A DNA stretch of 64,000 nucleotides, taken from assembly GCA_963788655.1 (NCBI GenBank), contig CAWBHS010000072.1, forward strand, positions 224,001 through 288,000, in the 5' to 3' direction. The notes beneath the pieces were generated by a model that had not been told where the DNA came from, made no database searches, and was given only the letters and a program-made list of their open reading frames with translations. Within the stretch, counting starts at the first letter, position 1. Every line of letters starts with the position of its first letter. Made by a program: the position numbers and the translations under genes. Below, piece after piece: positions 53,256 through 63,690 of this stretch. Origin of the DNA: an uncultured Verrucomicrobiae bacterium (lineage in GTDB: Bacteria > Verrucomicrobiota > Verrucomicrobiia > Limisphaerales > JAFGQR01).

Positions 53256-54200
53256 ATGAGCGATCCCATCATCCCACCCACTGAACCTGTGTTTGTGGTC
53301 CGGAAGGCCGTCCGTCCGGCCTGGGCCGTTTATGGCGAGTACGCGTTGCAGGCGACCATTTACCTGTGTGGCATTAGCGCCATTATCTTCGTGCTCAGCA
53401 TCTTCTTTTTCGTTTTCAAAGAAGCCGTGCCAGTGTTTGGGGATCCGCATTTCAGTGTCAGCCAATTCCTCTTTACGACCAAGTGGTATCCCACCTCAGC
53501 CGTCAATGTGCGTTACGGGGTGCTCGCCATGATCGTGGGCACGTTCAGCGTTACGGGTCTGGCCATGCTCATTGCGGTACCGTTCGGGCTTGGGGCGGCG
53601 ATTTATGTGTCCGAGTTTTGCGGTCCGAAGATGAAAGAAACCCTGAAGATTGTCATCGAGCTGTTGGCGGCCATCCCGAGTGTGGTCTGGGGATTCATTG
53701 GCTTGACGGTTATCAGTCGCTTGATTGTGACGTACACCGGCGCGCAGGTCGGCGTCAACATTCTCAATGGCGGCGTCATCCTGGCCCTGATGAGTGTGCC
53801 CATCATCGTCTCGATCAGCGAAGACGCTTTGAAGGCCGTGCCGGATTCTTACCGCGAGGCCGGTGTGGCCCTGGGCGCCACCCGGTGGCAACTGATTTGG
53901 CGGGTCTTGTTGCCGGCCGCCAAAACGGGCTTATTGGCGGCGGTGCTCCTGGGCGTCGGCCGGGCGGTTGGGGAAACCATGGCCGTGCTGATGGCCACCG
54001 GACACGCGGTGCATATTCCCCACAGCGTGCTGGACTCGGTGCGCACGCTCACCGCCAACATTGCCGCCGAATTGGGGGAAGCCCCGGCCGGCTCACCGCA
54101 TTATCGGGTGCTGTTCATGATCGGGGTACTGCTGTTCTCAATCACCTTCGTGGTGAACCTGACCGCCGACCTGATCGTGCGGGGAATTCGCAAGAAATGA
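53256..54200 (+). CDS. pstC: Phosphate ABC transporter permease
   Basis: IELLAAIPSVVWG, EAA loop REAGVALGATRWQ, GRAVGETMAV. Confidence 0.95.
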   Translation: MSDPIIPPTEPVFVVRKAVRPAWAVYGEYALQATIYLCGISAIIFVLSIFFFVFKEAVPVFGDPHFSVSQFLFTTKWYPTSAVNVRYGVLAMIVGTFSVTGLAMLIAVPFGLGAAIYVSEFCGPKMKETLKIVIELLAAIPSVVWGFIGLTVISRLIVTYTGAQVGVNILNGGVILALMSVPIIVSISEDALKAVPDSYREAGVALGATRWQLIWRVLLPAAKTGLLAAVLLGVGRAVGETMAVLMATGHAVHIPHSVLDSVRTLTANIAAELGEAPAGSPHYRVLFMIGVLLFSITFVVNLTADLIVRGIRKK

Positions 54201-54219
54201 ACCGAATGCCGACCAGCAG

Positions 54220-55380
54220 ATGTTTACCTTGTTAAAAACATATTGGACCTGGGTCGCCCTGGAAGTTGTCATGTCCGCCGTGGGGGCCTTGGTGGCGGGT
54301 TGGGTGGCGCGCAACCGCGGGCGCAGTGAACTGGGATGGGGATTGCTGGTGCCCATTGGCTCGCTGTTTGGTTCGTTTGTTTTCCTTCTTTTCTTTCCTT
54401 GGCCCGCACTACTGCTCTTGTTTTCCCCGGTCGTGTTTGGTCTCGTCTTGTTGGTCTTGGGGGCATTGCCCCGCCTGCCCGTGGACGCTCAAACCAAGTT
54501 TGGGGAAAATTATTTTGTCCGGTTGCGCTCCCATTACGAGTTGGTGGCCAAGTGGATTTTCTTCGGCATGGCCGCGGCCATGATTGTCCCGCTGCTGACC
54601 ATTCTGACTTACCTGGTCGTCAAAGCCATGCCCTCGTTGAGTCTGTCCTTCCTCATCGACGTGCCCAAGAAAGGCATGACCGCCGGGGGGATCTGGCCGG
54701 CGTTTATTGGCACCATTTACTTGGTCGTCATCTCGCTGGCGGTGGCGGCGCCCATTGGGGTGTTGGCGGCGGTTTATCTGAATGAATACGCCAAGGACAA
54801 CTGGTTCAACCGCATCATCAACCTGGCGGTCATTAATCTGGCCGGGGTGCCCAGCATTGTGCATGCGCTTTTCGGTATGGGGGCGTTTGTCTATGCGGCC
54901 CATTTGGGCGCGTCGGTTCTGGCCGCCTCGTTGACGCTCGCCATCATGACGCTGCCGGTGATTATCGCCAGCACCCGCGAAGCGCTGGCCAGTGTGCCGC
55001 AAACGTTTCGCGAAGCCTGCTGGAACGTTGGCGCGACCCGTTGGCAGACCATCAAAGCGGTGGTCCTGCCCAATTCCATCAGCGGGATTCTGACGGGCGT
55101 CATTTTGCAAGTGAGCCGGGCGGCCGGCGAGACGGCACCCATCTTGTTCACCGGCGCAGTGTTTTACAAAGCGGTCCAACGCGGTGACCTGTTTCCCTAC
55201 TACCTGAACGATCAGTGCATGGCGTTGTCCATGCATCTTTACACGTTGGCGACCCAGGTTCCCAATGTCCCTGAGTCCATTCCGTTTGCCACCGCGGTGG
55301 TGTTGCTCGGCTCGGTGCTGTTGGTCAACGCGGCGGCCATCTCCCTGCGCGCCTATATGCGCTCCCGCAAGAAATGGTAA
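54220..55380 (+). CDS. pstA: Phosphate ABC transporter permease with ~90-aa extra N-terminal membrane module
   Basis: NLAGVPSIV, REACWNVGATRWQ, SRAAGETAP. Confidence 0.93.
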   Translation: MFTLLKTYWTWVALEVVMSAVGALVAGWVARNRGRSELGWGLLVPIGSLFGSFVFLLFFPWPALLLLFSPVVFGLVLLVLGALPRLPVDAQTKFGENYFVRLRSHYELVAKWIFFGMAAAMIVPLLTILTYLVVKAMPSLSLSFLIDVPKKGMTAGGIWPAFIGTIYLVVISLAVAAPIGVLAAVYLNEYAKDNWFNRIINLAVINLAGVPSIVHALFGMGAFVYAAHLGASVLAASLTLAIMTLPVIIASTREALASVPQTFREACWNVGATRWQTIKAVVLPNSISGILTGVILQVSRAAGETAPILFTGAVFYKAVQRGDLFPYYLNDQCMALSMHLYTLATQVPNVPESIPFATAVVLLGSVLLVNAAAISLRAYMRSRKKW

Positions 55381-56159
55381 ACCCCACGTCCATGCCTCAC
55401 TCCGACAACTTGCAGGTGGAAGTCCGGGATCTCCGGCTGGCTTATGGCCATAAAGAGGTGATTCACGGCATTTCCTTCGACATATATCGCAACGAAATCC
55501 TGGGCGTGATTGGGCCGGCGCAGTCGGGGAAGACGTCCCTGTTGCGGTGCATCAATCGCACCATCGACTTCACGCCGGACGCGCACGTCTCCGGCACCAT
55601 CCGGGTGGATGGCGAAGATGTGCGTCGCACGAAAAACATTTATCGTCTGCGCCGCAAAATTGGCATGGTCGCGCCTTTGCCCGTGGGCTTGCCGATCAGC
55701 ATTTATGACAACGTGGCCTTTGCTCCGCGTGCCGCCGGCCTGACGCGGCGGAGCGAACTGGATGACATCGTCGAACAGTGCTTGCAGCAGGCGGCGCTGT
55801 GGGATGAGGTCAAGGACCGCCTGAACAGTCTGGGCACCAAGCTCTCGGGGGGACAGCAGCAACGGTTGACCATTGCCCGGGCGCTGTCGCATCAACCCGA
55901 AATTCTGTGCCTGGATGAGTTCTCAATTGCCATCGATCCGGTGACTACCATGCGCATCGAGGACGTGCTGAAGGTGCTGCGCCAGGACATGACCGTCATC
56001 CTCGTCACCAATCTCACCCAGCAGGCGCGGCGATTGGCCGACCGGACCATGTTTCTGTGGAACGGCAAAATCGTCGAAATCGATACCAACGAAGTCATTT
56101 TCTCAGACACGCCGAAAGATCGACAGACTTACGAATACGTGAACGGCATATTCGGATGA
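55374..56159 (+). CDS. pstB: Phosphate ABC ATPase 1 (degenerate Walker A, Q-loop and H-switch; intact LSGGQ)
   Basis: GPAQSGKT, GMVAPLP, LSGGQQQRL, LCLDEFSIAIDP, LVTNL, YVNGIFG. Confidence 0.9.
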   Translation: MVNPTSMPHSDNLQVEVRDLRLAYGHKEVIHGISFDIYRNEILGVIGPAQSGKTSLLRCINRTIDFTPDAHVSGTIRVDGEDVRRTKNIYRLRRKIGMVAPLPVGLPISIYDNVAFAPRAAGLTRRSELDDIVEQCLQQAALWDEVKDRLNSLGTKLSGGQQQRLTIARALSHQPEILCLDEFSIAIDPVTTMRIEDVLKVLRQDMTVILVTNLTQQARRLADRTMFLWNGKIVEIDTNEVIFSDTPKDRQTYEYVNGIFG

Positions 56160-56193
56160 ATCCCAATCTACAACTCTCCCGGACCGCCTGAAC

Positions 56194-56979
56194 ATGAGCG
56201 ATCCCGTCAATCACAGCCTGGCCTGCATCGCCACCCGGAACCTGAACCTGTGGTACGCCAAGTTTCAGGCCTTGAACAACATTCACGTCGATATCAAGCA
56301 AGGGATCATCACCTCACTCATCGGCCCCTCGGGCTGTGGCAAGACCACCCTGTTGCGTTGCTTCAACCGGGTCAACGAGCGCTATGGCTACGTGACCACG
56401 ACCGGCGAGATCAAGCTGCTGGGCAAGAACATTTACGATCCGGACGTATCCCTGATCGAGCTGCGCAAGTCGGTGGGCATGGTCTTTCAACGGCCCAATC
56501 CGCTGCCGATCTCGGTCTATGAAAATGTGGTGTTTGGTTTGCGTATCCACAACTCCCGGCGCGACCTGGGCAAATCCATGCTCGACGACGCAGTCGAGAA
56601 GGCGCTCACGGAAGTGGGCTTATGGAACGATCTCAAGGACCGCCTCCAGACCAAGGCCACCGGATTGTTGCTGGAGCAACAACAAAAGCTTTGCATCGCC
56701 CGGTTGCTGCCGTTGAAACCGGAGATCATCCTGATGGACGAACCCTGTTCCGCCCTCGACGTGGAAGGTACCCGCGCCATCGAGGAACTGATGTTTGAGA
56801 TGAAAGGCCGCTACACCATTGTCATCGTCACTCACAACATGGCCCAAGCCCGTCGGGCCAGTGACGAGTGCATTTTCATGTTGATGGGCGAACTCATGGA
56901 GCACCGGCGCACCGAAGATTTATTCCTCAATCCCCAGAATCCCAAAACCGCCGAATACATCGAAGGCCGTTACGGTTGA
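56194..56979 (+). CDS. pstB: Phosphate ABC ATPase 2 (canonical Walker A/B, Q-loop and H-switch; degenerate signature)
   Basis: GPSGCGKT, GMVFQRPNP, GLLLEQQQKL, ILMDEPCSALD, IVTHNMAQA, YIEGRYG. Confidence 0.93.
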   Translation: MSDPVNHSLACIATRNLNLWYAKFQALNNIHVDIKQGIITSLIGPSGCGKTTLLRCFNRVNERYGYVTTTGEIKLLGKNIYDPDVSLIELRKSVGMVFQRPNPLPISVYENVVFGLRIHNSRRDLGKSMLDDAVEKALTEVGLWNDLKDRLQTKATGLLLEQQQKLCIARLLPLKPEIILMDEPCSALDVEGTRAIEELMFEMKGRYTIVIVTHNMAQARRASDECIFMLMGELMEHRRTEDLFLNPQNPKTAEYIEGRYG

Positions 56980-56980
56980 G

Positions 56981-57122
56981 TAATGACCAATGCCCAAGGG
57001 CCAAAGACCAAAGAATGACGACGGCCCAAGCTCCAATGACCAGAGGGCAAGCCACGCAGTTTTAGGCTGGACCTTGGGATTTGGAAATTCTCTGGTGCTT
57101 GGTCATTGGCCATTGGTCATTA
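56981..57122. repeat. Heptamer-built inverted repeat (AATGACC.. / ..GGTCATT) directly after the pst operon
   Basis: TAATGACCAATGCCCAAGGGCCAA ... TTGGTCATTGGCCATTGGTCATTA. Confidence 0.8.
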
Positions 57123-57185
57123 CTCAATGGTGGCTTCCTACCAATCTTGCTTCCCACGGACGCCGCCATCCCTATACTTGGCGCT

Positions 57186-57665
57186 ATGAATTACGTGGGC
57201 ATTGGCTACGATGTGCATGCGTTGGTATCTGGACGCAAGCTGGTGCTGGGCGGAGTCGAGATTCCGCACCGCAAAGGCTTGGACGGCCATTCCGATGCCG
57301 ACGCCCTGATGCACGCCGTATGTGATGCTGTGTTGGGCGCTTTGGGTGAAGGAGACATCGGGCAGTTCTTTCCCAACACGGATCCCCGGTGGAAAGGCGC
57401 CCCCAGCAAGGTTTTTTTGGAAGAGGCCGCCCGGCAGGTTGGGGCCCGAAAAGGACGGTTGATCAATGTGGATGCCACCGTAATTGCGCAGCAGCCCCAA
57501 ATCTCACCCCATTTGGACGCCATGAAAACGAACATTGCCACGGCGTTGGGCATCGGTCCCCGGCAAGTAGGCATTAAAGCCACCACCAACGAGCGGTTGG
57601 GCTTTATTGGACGGGAAGAGGGTATTGCTGCCATGGCGGTCGCCAGTGTGGAATTGCCTGAATAA
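57186..57665 (+). CDS. ispF: 2-C-methyl-D-erythritol 2,4-cyclodiphosphate synthase
   Basis: [42 protein letters not shown]. Confidence 0.96.
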   Translation: MNYVGIGYDVHALVSGRKLVLGGVEIPHRKGLDGHSDADALMHAVCDAVLGALGEGDIGQFFPNTDPRWKGAPSKVFLEEAARQVGARKGRLINVDATVIAQQPQISPHLDAMKTNIATALGIGPRQVGIKATTNERLGFIGREEGIAAMAVASVELPE

Positions 57666-57740
57666 ACAAAGCGTCTCAATCCGTTCCCTTCCAGGCGACT
57701 CTTTAACGTTTCACGAAGACCTGACAGCCTATTAATCCCC

Positions 57741-58010
57741 ATGCCCAAAGCTGAAATTGGTTGGACCCGCCGCGATGACGCCGGTCAGAAATTCGACGTT
57801 TATGCCCAGCGGATTGGCGGAGATTGGCGGTTTTTCACACGCCAAGAACGCTATGAATCCTGGCAACCGGTGACCAAACCGCCCCTGGAAGACTGGCTGA
57901 AGCTGCTGGACGCAGTGCGCCGGCGGGTGAATCGACGCCGTTCCCGCCCGGAAGAGATCGACCGGGTTCGGCAGATGATTCGCGAGCGGTTTCCCGAAAC
58001 GGACGTTTAG
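57741..58010 (+). CDS. Small hypothetical protein (89 aa)
   Basis: Protein-like composition (PPLEDWLKLLDAVRRR), clean start and stop in an otherwise empty interval. Confidence 0.65.
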   Translation: MPKAEIGWTRRDDAGQKFDVYAQRIGGDWRFFTRQERYESWQPVTKPPLEDWLKLLDAVRRRVNRRRSRPEEIDRVRQMIRERFPETDV

Positions 58011-58412
58011 GCGACAAGCTACATCGTCTAAGAGCGCGGCGATAGCTGGGGAGCGCCAAACGCCCCAGTTGTGCCTTTCCCCGTTGTTCGGCAGCGATTG
58101 AAGAAGCACCCGCAAAGCCCCGTTTCCGATAGGTTCAATTCTTGCTAAAAACCAAGCGACGGCTCGATTCGTGGGGAAGCACCCAGGCCATCCGGTCAGG
58201 GAAATAGTTGCTAAATCTTTGCGCCCGAATGCCGTTAGTACAAATGGGCTTACTGGGAAATTGAAGTCGGAGCCTGGCACGCGGCAGATGTTGCCCCGGC
58301 GGCGGGAAATCCGTTTTTGCTCAAACTAGCTGGGCAACTGGCATGGAATGAATTTGGCAATCAAAAGTTGTTTTGCGCGCGCCCATCCTTGGCAGTCCGG
58401 GCGCACGAGTCT

Positions 58413-59756
58413 ATGAAGAACCGTATTTTGGTGGTGGATGATCAGGCGGAACTCCGCCAATTGTTGAGATTGTTGCTCGAACAGGACCAATACGTGGTGA
58501 CTGAAGCGGGCGATTCCATCGCGCTTAAGGCGGCATTTGACGGTCCGGAACCGGATGTGGTGTTACTGGATTTACGGTTACCCGATGCCGACGGCCTGGA
58601 TTTGCTACCGGTGCTCAAGCGGCAATGGCCCGAAGCCGAGGTGATCGTGCTGACCGGACATGCCACTTACGAAGCCGCCGTGGAGGCCATTAAACGCGGG
58701 GCGTTTCACTTTCAGGAAAAACCCATCGACAACAAGGCGCTGTTGAACCTCGTCGAGAAGGCCCTCGAGCGCAAACAACTCACCGAACAGGCCAGTTCGC
58801 TCCGACAAGCGCTGACCACCATGAGTGGCGGCTCCTCGCCCATCTTTCAAAGCTCCTCCATGAAACAGGTTCTGCGCACCATCGAGCGCGTCGGACCCAG
58901 CGACGTCTCCATTCTCATCACCGGCGAAAGTGGCACCGGCAAGGAAGTGGTGGCCGATCTGATTCATGCGTTAAGCGAGCGCAACAAAGGGCCGTGTATC
59001 AAGATCAATTGCGCGGCGTTGCCGCGGGAGTTGATCGAGAGCGAATTGTTCGGCTCCGTCAAAGGCGCGTTTACCGGCGCCCAGGGTGACCGCGAAGGGC
59101 TGTTTCGGCTGGCGGAAAGCGGGACCTTGCTGCTGGATGAAATCTCCGAAATGCCCGTGGACACCCAAAGCAAGCTGTTGCGGGTGTTGCAGGAAAAAGA
59201 AGTCCGGCCCGTCGGTGGGCGCAGCAGCTACAAAACCGATTGCCGCATTTTGGCCGCCACCAATCGCCGCGTCGAGGAGGCCATCAAGGAAGGCAAATTA
59301 CGCGAAGATTTGTTCTACCGCATCAGTGCCATCACCGTCTATCTGCCCCCCCTGCGCGAACGCAGGGAAGACATCCTGCCGCTGGCTCGCACCTTCTTGA
59401 AGCGGTTTGCCTCACAAGCCAATCGCGTCCTGGCGGATTTTAGTCCCGCGGCGGTGGATCGGCTGCGGAAATTTGATTGGCCCGGCAACGTACGTCAGTT
59501 GCAGAACGAAGTGCAGCGCGCCGTGCTGATGGCCGAAGGCAAAATGGTGGACGTGGACGATCTCTCGATCAGTGATCCCGACGTGGTGGCCATCAATGGC
59601 GAATCCAATCTGACCCTCATGGAAGCCATGGAACGGAACAAAATCATCGAGGTGTTGCAGGAAACCGGGGGTAACAAACTGGCCACTGCCAAACGCCTCG
59701 GGATTGGCCGGCAGACCTTGTACAACAAGATCAAGACCTACGCCATTGCCGCCTGA
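58413..59756 (+). CDS. Sigma-54-dependent response regulator (NtrC/AtoC type: REC-AAA+-Fis HTH)
   Basis: ILVVDD, LLDLRLP, GESGTGKE, ESELFG..GAFTGA, WPGNVRQL, GNKLATAKRLGIGRQTLYNK. Confidence 0.95.
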   Translation: MKNRILVVDDQAELRQLLRLLLEQDQYVVTEAGDSIALKAAFDGPEPDVVLLDLRLPDADGLDLLPVLKRQWPEAEVIVLTGHATYEAAVEAIKRGAFHFQEKPIDNKALLNLVEKALERKQLTEQASSLRQALTTMSGGSSPIFQSSSMKQVLRTIERVGPSDVSILITGESGTGKEVVADLIHALSERNKGPCIKINCAALPRELIESELFGSVKGAFTGAQGDREGLFRLAESGTLLLDEISEMPVDTQSKLLRVLQEKEVRPVGGRSSYKTDCRILAATNRRVEEAIKEGKLREDLFYRISAITVYLPPLRERREDILPLARTFLKRFASQANRVLADFSPAAVDRLRKFDWPGNVRQLQNEVQRAVLMAEGKMVDVDDLSISDPDVVAINGESNLTLMEAMERNKIIEVLQETGGNKLATAKRLGIGRQTLYNKIKTYAIAA

Positions 59757-59794
59757 CGGGGATTCTGCAGGAAACACTTCTTCTCGATTTGCTA

Positions 59795-60161
59795 ACGTGC
59801 TGCCGGCGTCCCGCCGGCAGAAACGAATACCTCCAGGCACGCTCGCATCACTGCCGCAATTCGGCGGCCATTCTTCCGTTCCATCTGCCGGCAAGATGCC
59901 GGCAGCACGCTGCCCAACGTGCTGCCGGCGTCCCGCCGGCAGAAGCGAACAGAACCGCGCGTCCGAATGACCAACGGCCAATGGCCAAGTCCCAAAAGGA
60001 AGGTCTAATGACTAAGCCCCAAGACCATTCGTGGCGTCCACCATTAGTCGATGGGGTATTGTGCATTGGTCCCTGGGCATTCGTTGGTTATTGGGCAATG
60101 GTCATTGGTCATTCCTCGTCCGTCTTGTTCCAAAACTGCCGGCAAGAGGCCGGCAGCACGT
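59795..60161. repeat. Cluster of CGTGCTGCCGGC REP arms with a heptamer palindrome
   Basis: AACGTGCTGCCGGCGTCCCGCCGGCAG at ~59795 and ~59916; inverted arms at ~59885 and ~60136; AATGACC/GGTCATT heptamers at 59966-60112. Confidence 0.85.
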
Positions 60162-60211
60162 TACGCAACGTGAATGCCCCGCCATCGCTTAGCGTCTGGA
60201 GAATATCGCTT

Positions 60212-61376
60212 ATGAACGCAAAACCAATCCTTCCAACCTCACGTCGTGAGTTCTTGAAAACTACCGTTGCCGGCGGCGCCGCGTTGGCCTGCGGCACGGG
60301 CCTTCTCTCCGCGGCTGAGACGTCCCCGCCACCGGCGCAGACCGCCATTCCAAGGTGGCGGGGCTTCAACCTCACCAACTTCTTCCAAGCCCTCAGCAAC
60401 GGCGAAAGCGGTCAGGGCATGGTGGCCGAAGCTGATTTGCGTTGGATGCGGGATTGGGGATTTGATTACGTGCGCCTGCCGATGGACTACTGGCTGTGGG
60501 TGGATTCCGATTGGAAACAGACGCGCAAACTCAATCCCCAAGACGTGCTCAAGATCAAGGAAAGCACATTGGCGAAGGTGGATCGCGTCGTCGAACTGTG
60601 CCGCAAACACCAGTTGCACTTGAGTGTGAACTTTCATCGCGCGCCGGGGTATTGCATCAACGATCCGGAGCGCGAACCGTTCGGTCCTGTGGCGGGACCA
60701 AGCGGCCGAGGACGCTTTTGTGCATCACTGGGATGTCTTCGCCCGGCGTTACCAAGGGGTGTCCAAGAACGAACTCAGCTTCAATCTGGTCAACGAAGCG
60801 CCCACGCCGCGGAAAGGCTACATGACTCGGGAAGACTATGTTCGGGTGATGACTCGGGCGACCAATAAAATCCGCGAGCACACTCCCGACCGCCTGGTGA
60901 TCATCGACGGCTTGAGCGTCGGCAACGAGGTCGTGACCGAAATGATTCCCACCAAAGTCGCGCAAAGCGTTCATGCGTATTGGCCGGCGGGTATCAGCCA
61001 CTATCGCGCCTCGTGGGTGGACCGAAAGAGCAGCTTTCCGATGCCCACCTGGCCACTCAAGCGGCCGGATGGTTCCATTCAAGCGGATCGCCGGAAGCTG
61101 GAAGCCCGATATGCCCCTTGGGCGGAACTGGCGCGCAAAGGTATCGGCGTGCATTGCGGGGAATGCGGGTGCTACAACAAAACGCCCTACAACGTCTTCA
61201 GCGGTTGGTTTGAGGACGTGCTGCAGATTCTCAAAGGCCACGGCATCGGCTACGCGCTCTGGAATTTTCGGGGTTCCTTCGGCATCCTCGACTCCGGACG
61301 CAGTGACATCCAATACGAAGACTGGCACGGGCATCGACTCGACCGCCGTCTGCTCACGATGCTCCAGAAATACTAA
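60212..61376 (+). CDS. Tat-exported GH5-family glycoside hydrolase; +1 indel at ~60684
   Basis: SRREFLK, WRGFNL, WGFDYVRLP, NFHRAPG, FNLVNEA (acid/base), HCGECG (nucleophile), YALWNF. Confidence 0.87.
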
Positions 61377-61463
61377 CCGGTGAAAGGTTAAAGCGTTGGA
61401 AGGGTAGCACGGCGGGCGGCGCTTCGGGCTTTATTTATTCCCAGGGGTGGGCATAGTGGCGCC

Positions 61464-63690
61464 ATGCATGGCCGCCTTTTGAACTTGACCACAGTTTCAC
61501 GAACCATCGTCCATTCGGCAATCGTCAGCCTGGCCGTATTGAGCTTGTCACCGTCAGTGAGCCCCGGCGCCATCAACGCCACCTCCAAATCCACCCAACC
61601 ACCCAACATCATTTTGATCATGGCCGATGACATGGGGTTTTCCGACCTCGGTTGCTACGGCGGGGAGATTCGCACACCCCATTTGGACGATCTGGCCGAG
61701 ACGGGCCTGCGCTTCACCCGGTTTTACAACACCGCCCGCTGTTGTCCGACCCGTGCGTCGCTGATGACCGGTTTGTATCCGCACCAAGCCGGCATGGGGC
61801 ACATGACCTACGATGGAATGATTCGCGGTTACGAAGGGAATTTGAGTCATGACGCCATTACCATCGCCGAAGGACTGAAGCCCGCGGGATACGCCACGTA
61901 CATGGTCGGCAAATGGCATGTCACCCGATTCACCAAACCGGACGGGCCGAAGGATAATTGGCCGCGCCAACGCGGCTTCGACCGATTCTATGGCACGATC
62001 ACCGGCGCCGGAAATTATTACGATCCCACCACCTTGACCCGCGACAACACGTTCATAACGCCGGAGAACGATCCAGTGTACCACCCCAAGCGGTTTTATT
62101 ACACCGATGCCATCACGGACAACGCGATGATGTTTATCCGCGAACATCTGCAGCGCACACCGCAAAAACCGTTCTTTTTGTATGTGGCGTACACTGCCGC
62201 CCACTGGCCGATGCAGGCCTGGCCCGAAGCCATCGCCAAATACAAGGGTATCTATGACCAAGGCTACGGTCAGGTGCGCCAGGGCCGTTTGCAGCGCCTG
62301 TTGGACTTGGGAATTATTGATCCGTTGTGGCAGTTGAGTCCCCAGGCCGGCGACTGGGAGAATGAGTCGCACCAGGCCTGGGAAACGCGCTGCATGGAAG
62401 TCTATGCCGCGATGGTGGAAACCATGGACCAGGGCGTGGGCCGAATCGTGAACACGTTGACGGCCCAGAATCAGATCGAGAATACACTGATTTTCTTCCT
62501 GCAAGACAACGGGGGTTGCGCCGAAGGTATTGGCCGCACGGATAATCCCAAGTGGCACTTGAAAGGCATCCAGCCCATGGGCCCCGACGAATTGCAGCCG
62601 AACATCTGGCCTCCCATGCGTACTCGCGATGGACGCCCGGTGTTGGGCGGGCCGGAAGTGATGCCGGGACCGCCGGATACCTACGTAGCTTACGGGCGGG
62701 CTTGGGCCAATGTGAGCAACACTCCGTTTCGTGAGGTACAAGCATTGGGTTCACGAAGGCGGGATTTCCACCCCGCTGATTGTCCACTGGCCGGCGGGAT
62801 TCAGTGCCCGCGGCGAATTTCGGCGGGAACCGTCTCACTTGATCGACATTCTGCCGACCTGCTTGGACGTGGCCGGCGCCACATATCCCGAGGAATACTC
62901 CGGACACAAGATCACCCCGGCCGAGGGAAAAAGTTTGGTGCCGGTGTTTCATCACCAACCGCTCGAACGTGAAGCCCTTTACTGGGAACACGAAGGCAAT
63001 CGGGCGATGCGCGCGGGAAAATGGAAGCTGGTGGCCAAGGGGCCCGCCGGCAAATGGGAATTGTACGACCTGAACCGCGATCGTTCCGAGTTGAACGACC
63101 TGGCCGATACCTATCCCGAACGCGTCAACCAAATGGCGGTCCAATGGGAAGCTTGGGCCCAACGGGCACACGTCCTTCCCTGGCCCTGGAAACCGCAGTA
63201 TGGCGAACAACCCAAGGAATGGGGGAGTTCAGAGACCGTGTTCGAATTAAAGCAGGGAGAGAGTCTGTCGCGCGAGAACGCGCCGCGCATCCAGGATCGG
63301 CCTTTCATGGTCACCGCGGGTATTTCCGCGATGGCGTCTGATGGGGTCCTCATCGCGCAAGGCGGTTCAGCCGAAGGTTTTGCTCTGTATTTGAAAGACT
63401 CCCATTTGCTGTTTGCCACCCGTCGTTCAGGCAAACTCACGGTGGTCAGAACGCCAGAGCAATTGCCGGCAGTCGTGACGCGCGTAGCGGCTCGGATGGA
63501 TCCGGACGGCACCGTCACGCTGTTTGCCGAAGGCGCGAAACTCATCGCGCAAAAGTCGCCCGGCCTGCTAGTGCGCATGCCCATTGACGGGCTGCAAGTG
63601 GGACGGGACGAAAAAGGCGCCGTCGGCGATTACACCGCACCCTTTACGTTCAACGGCAAAATCGCCAGCGCCTCCCTGGAGCTGTTCTGA
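61464..63690 (+). CDS. Arylsulfatase (Cys-type) with C-terminal LamG-like domain; +1 indel at ~62736
   Basis: PNIILIMADDMG, CCPTRASLMTG, GKWH, AAHWP; SNTPFRE|YKHWVHEGGISTP joins across the shift. Confidence 0.9.

Noticed and set aside
58270..58375. Sigma-54 promoter upstream of the response regulator
   Set aside because: TGGCAC/TGGCA motifs are present but none has GC at the required -12 spacing.
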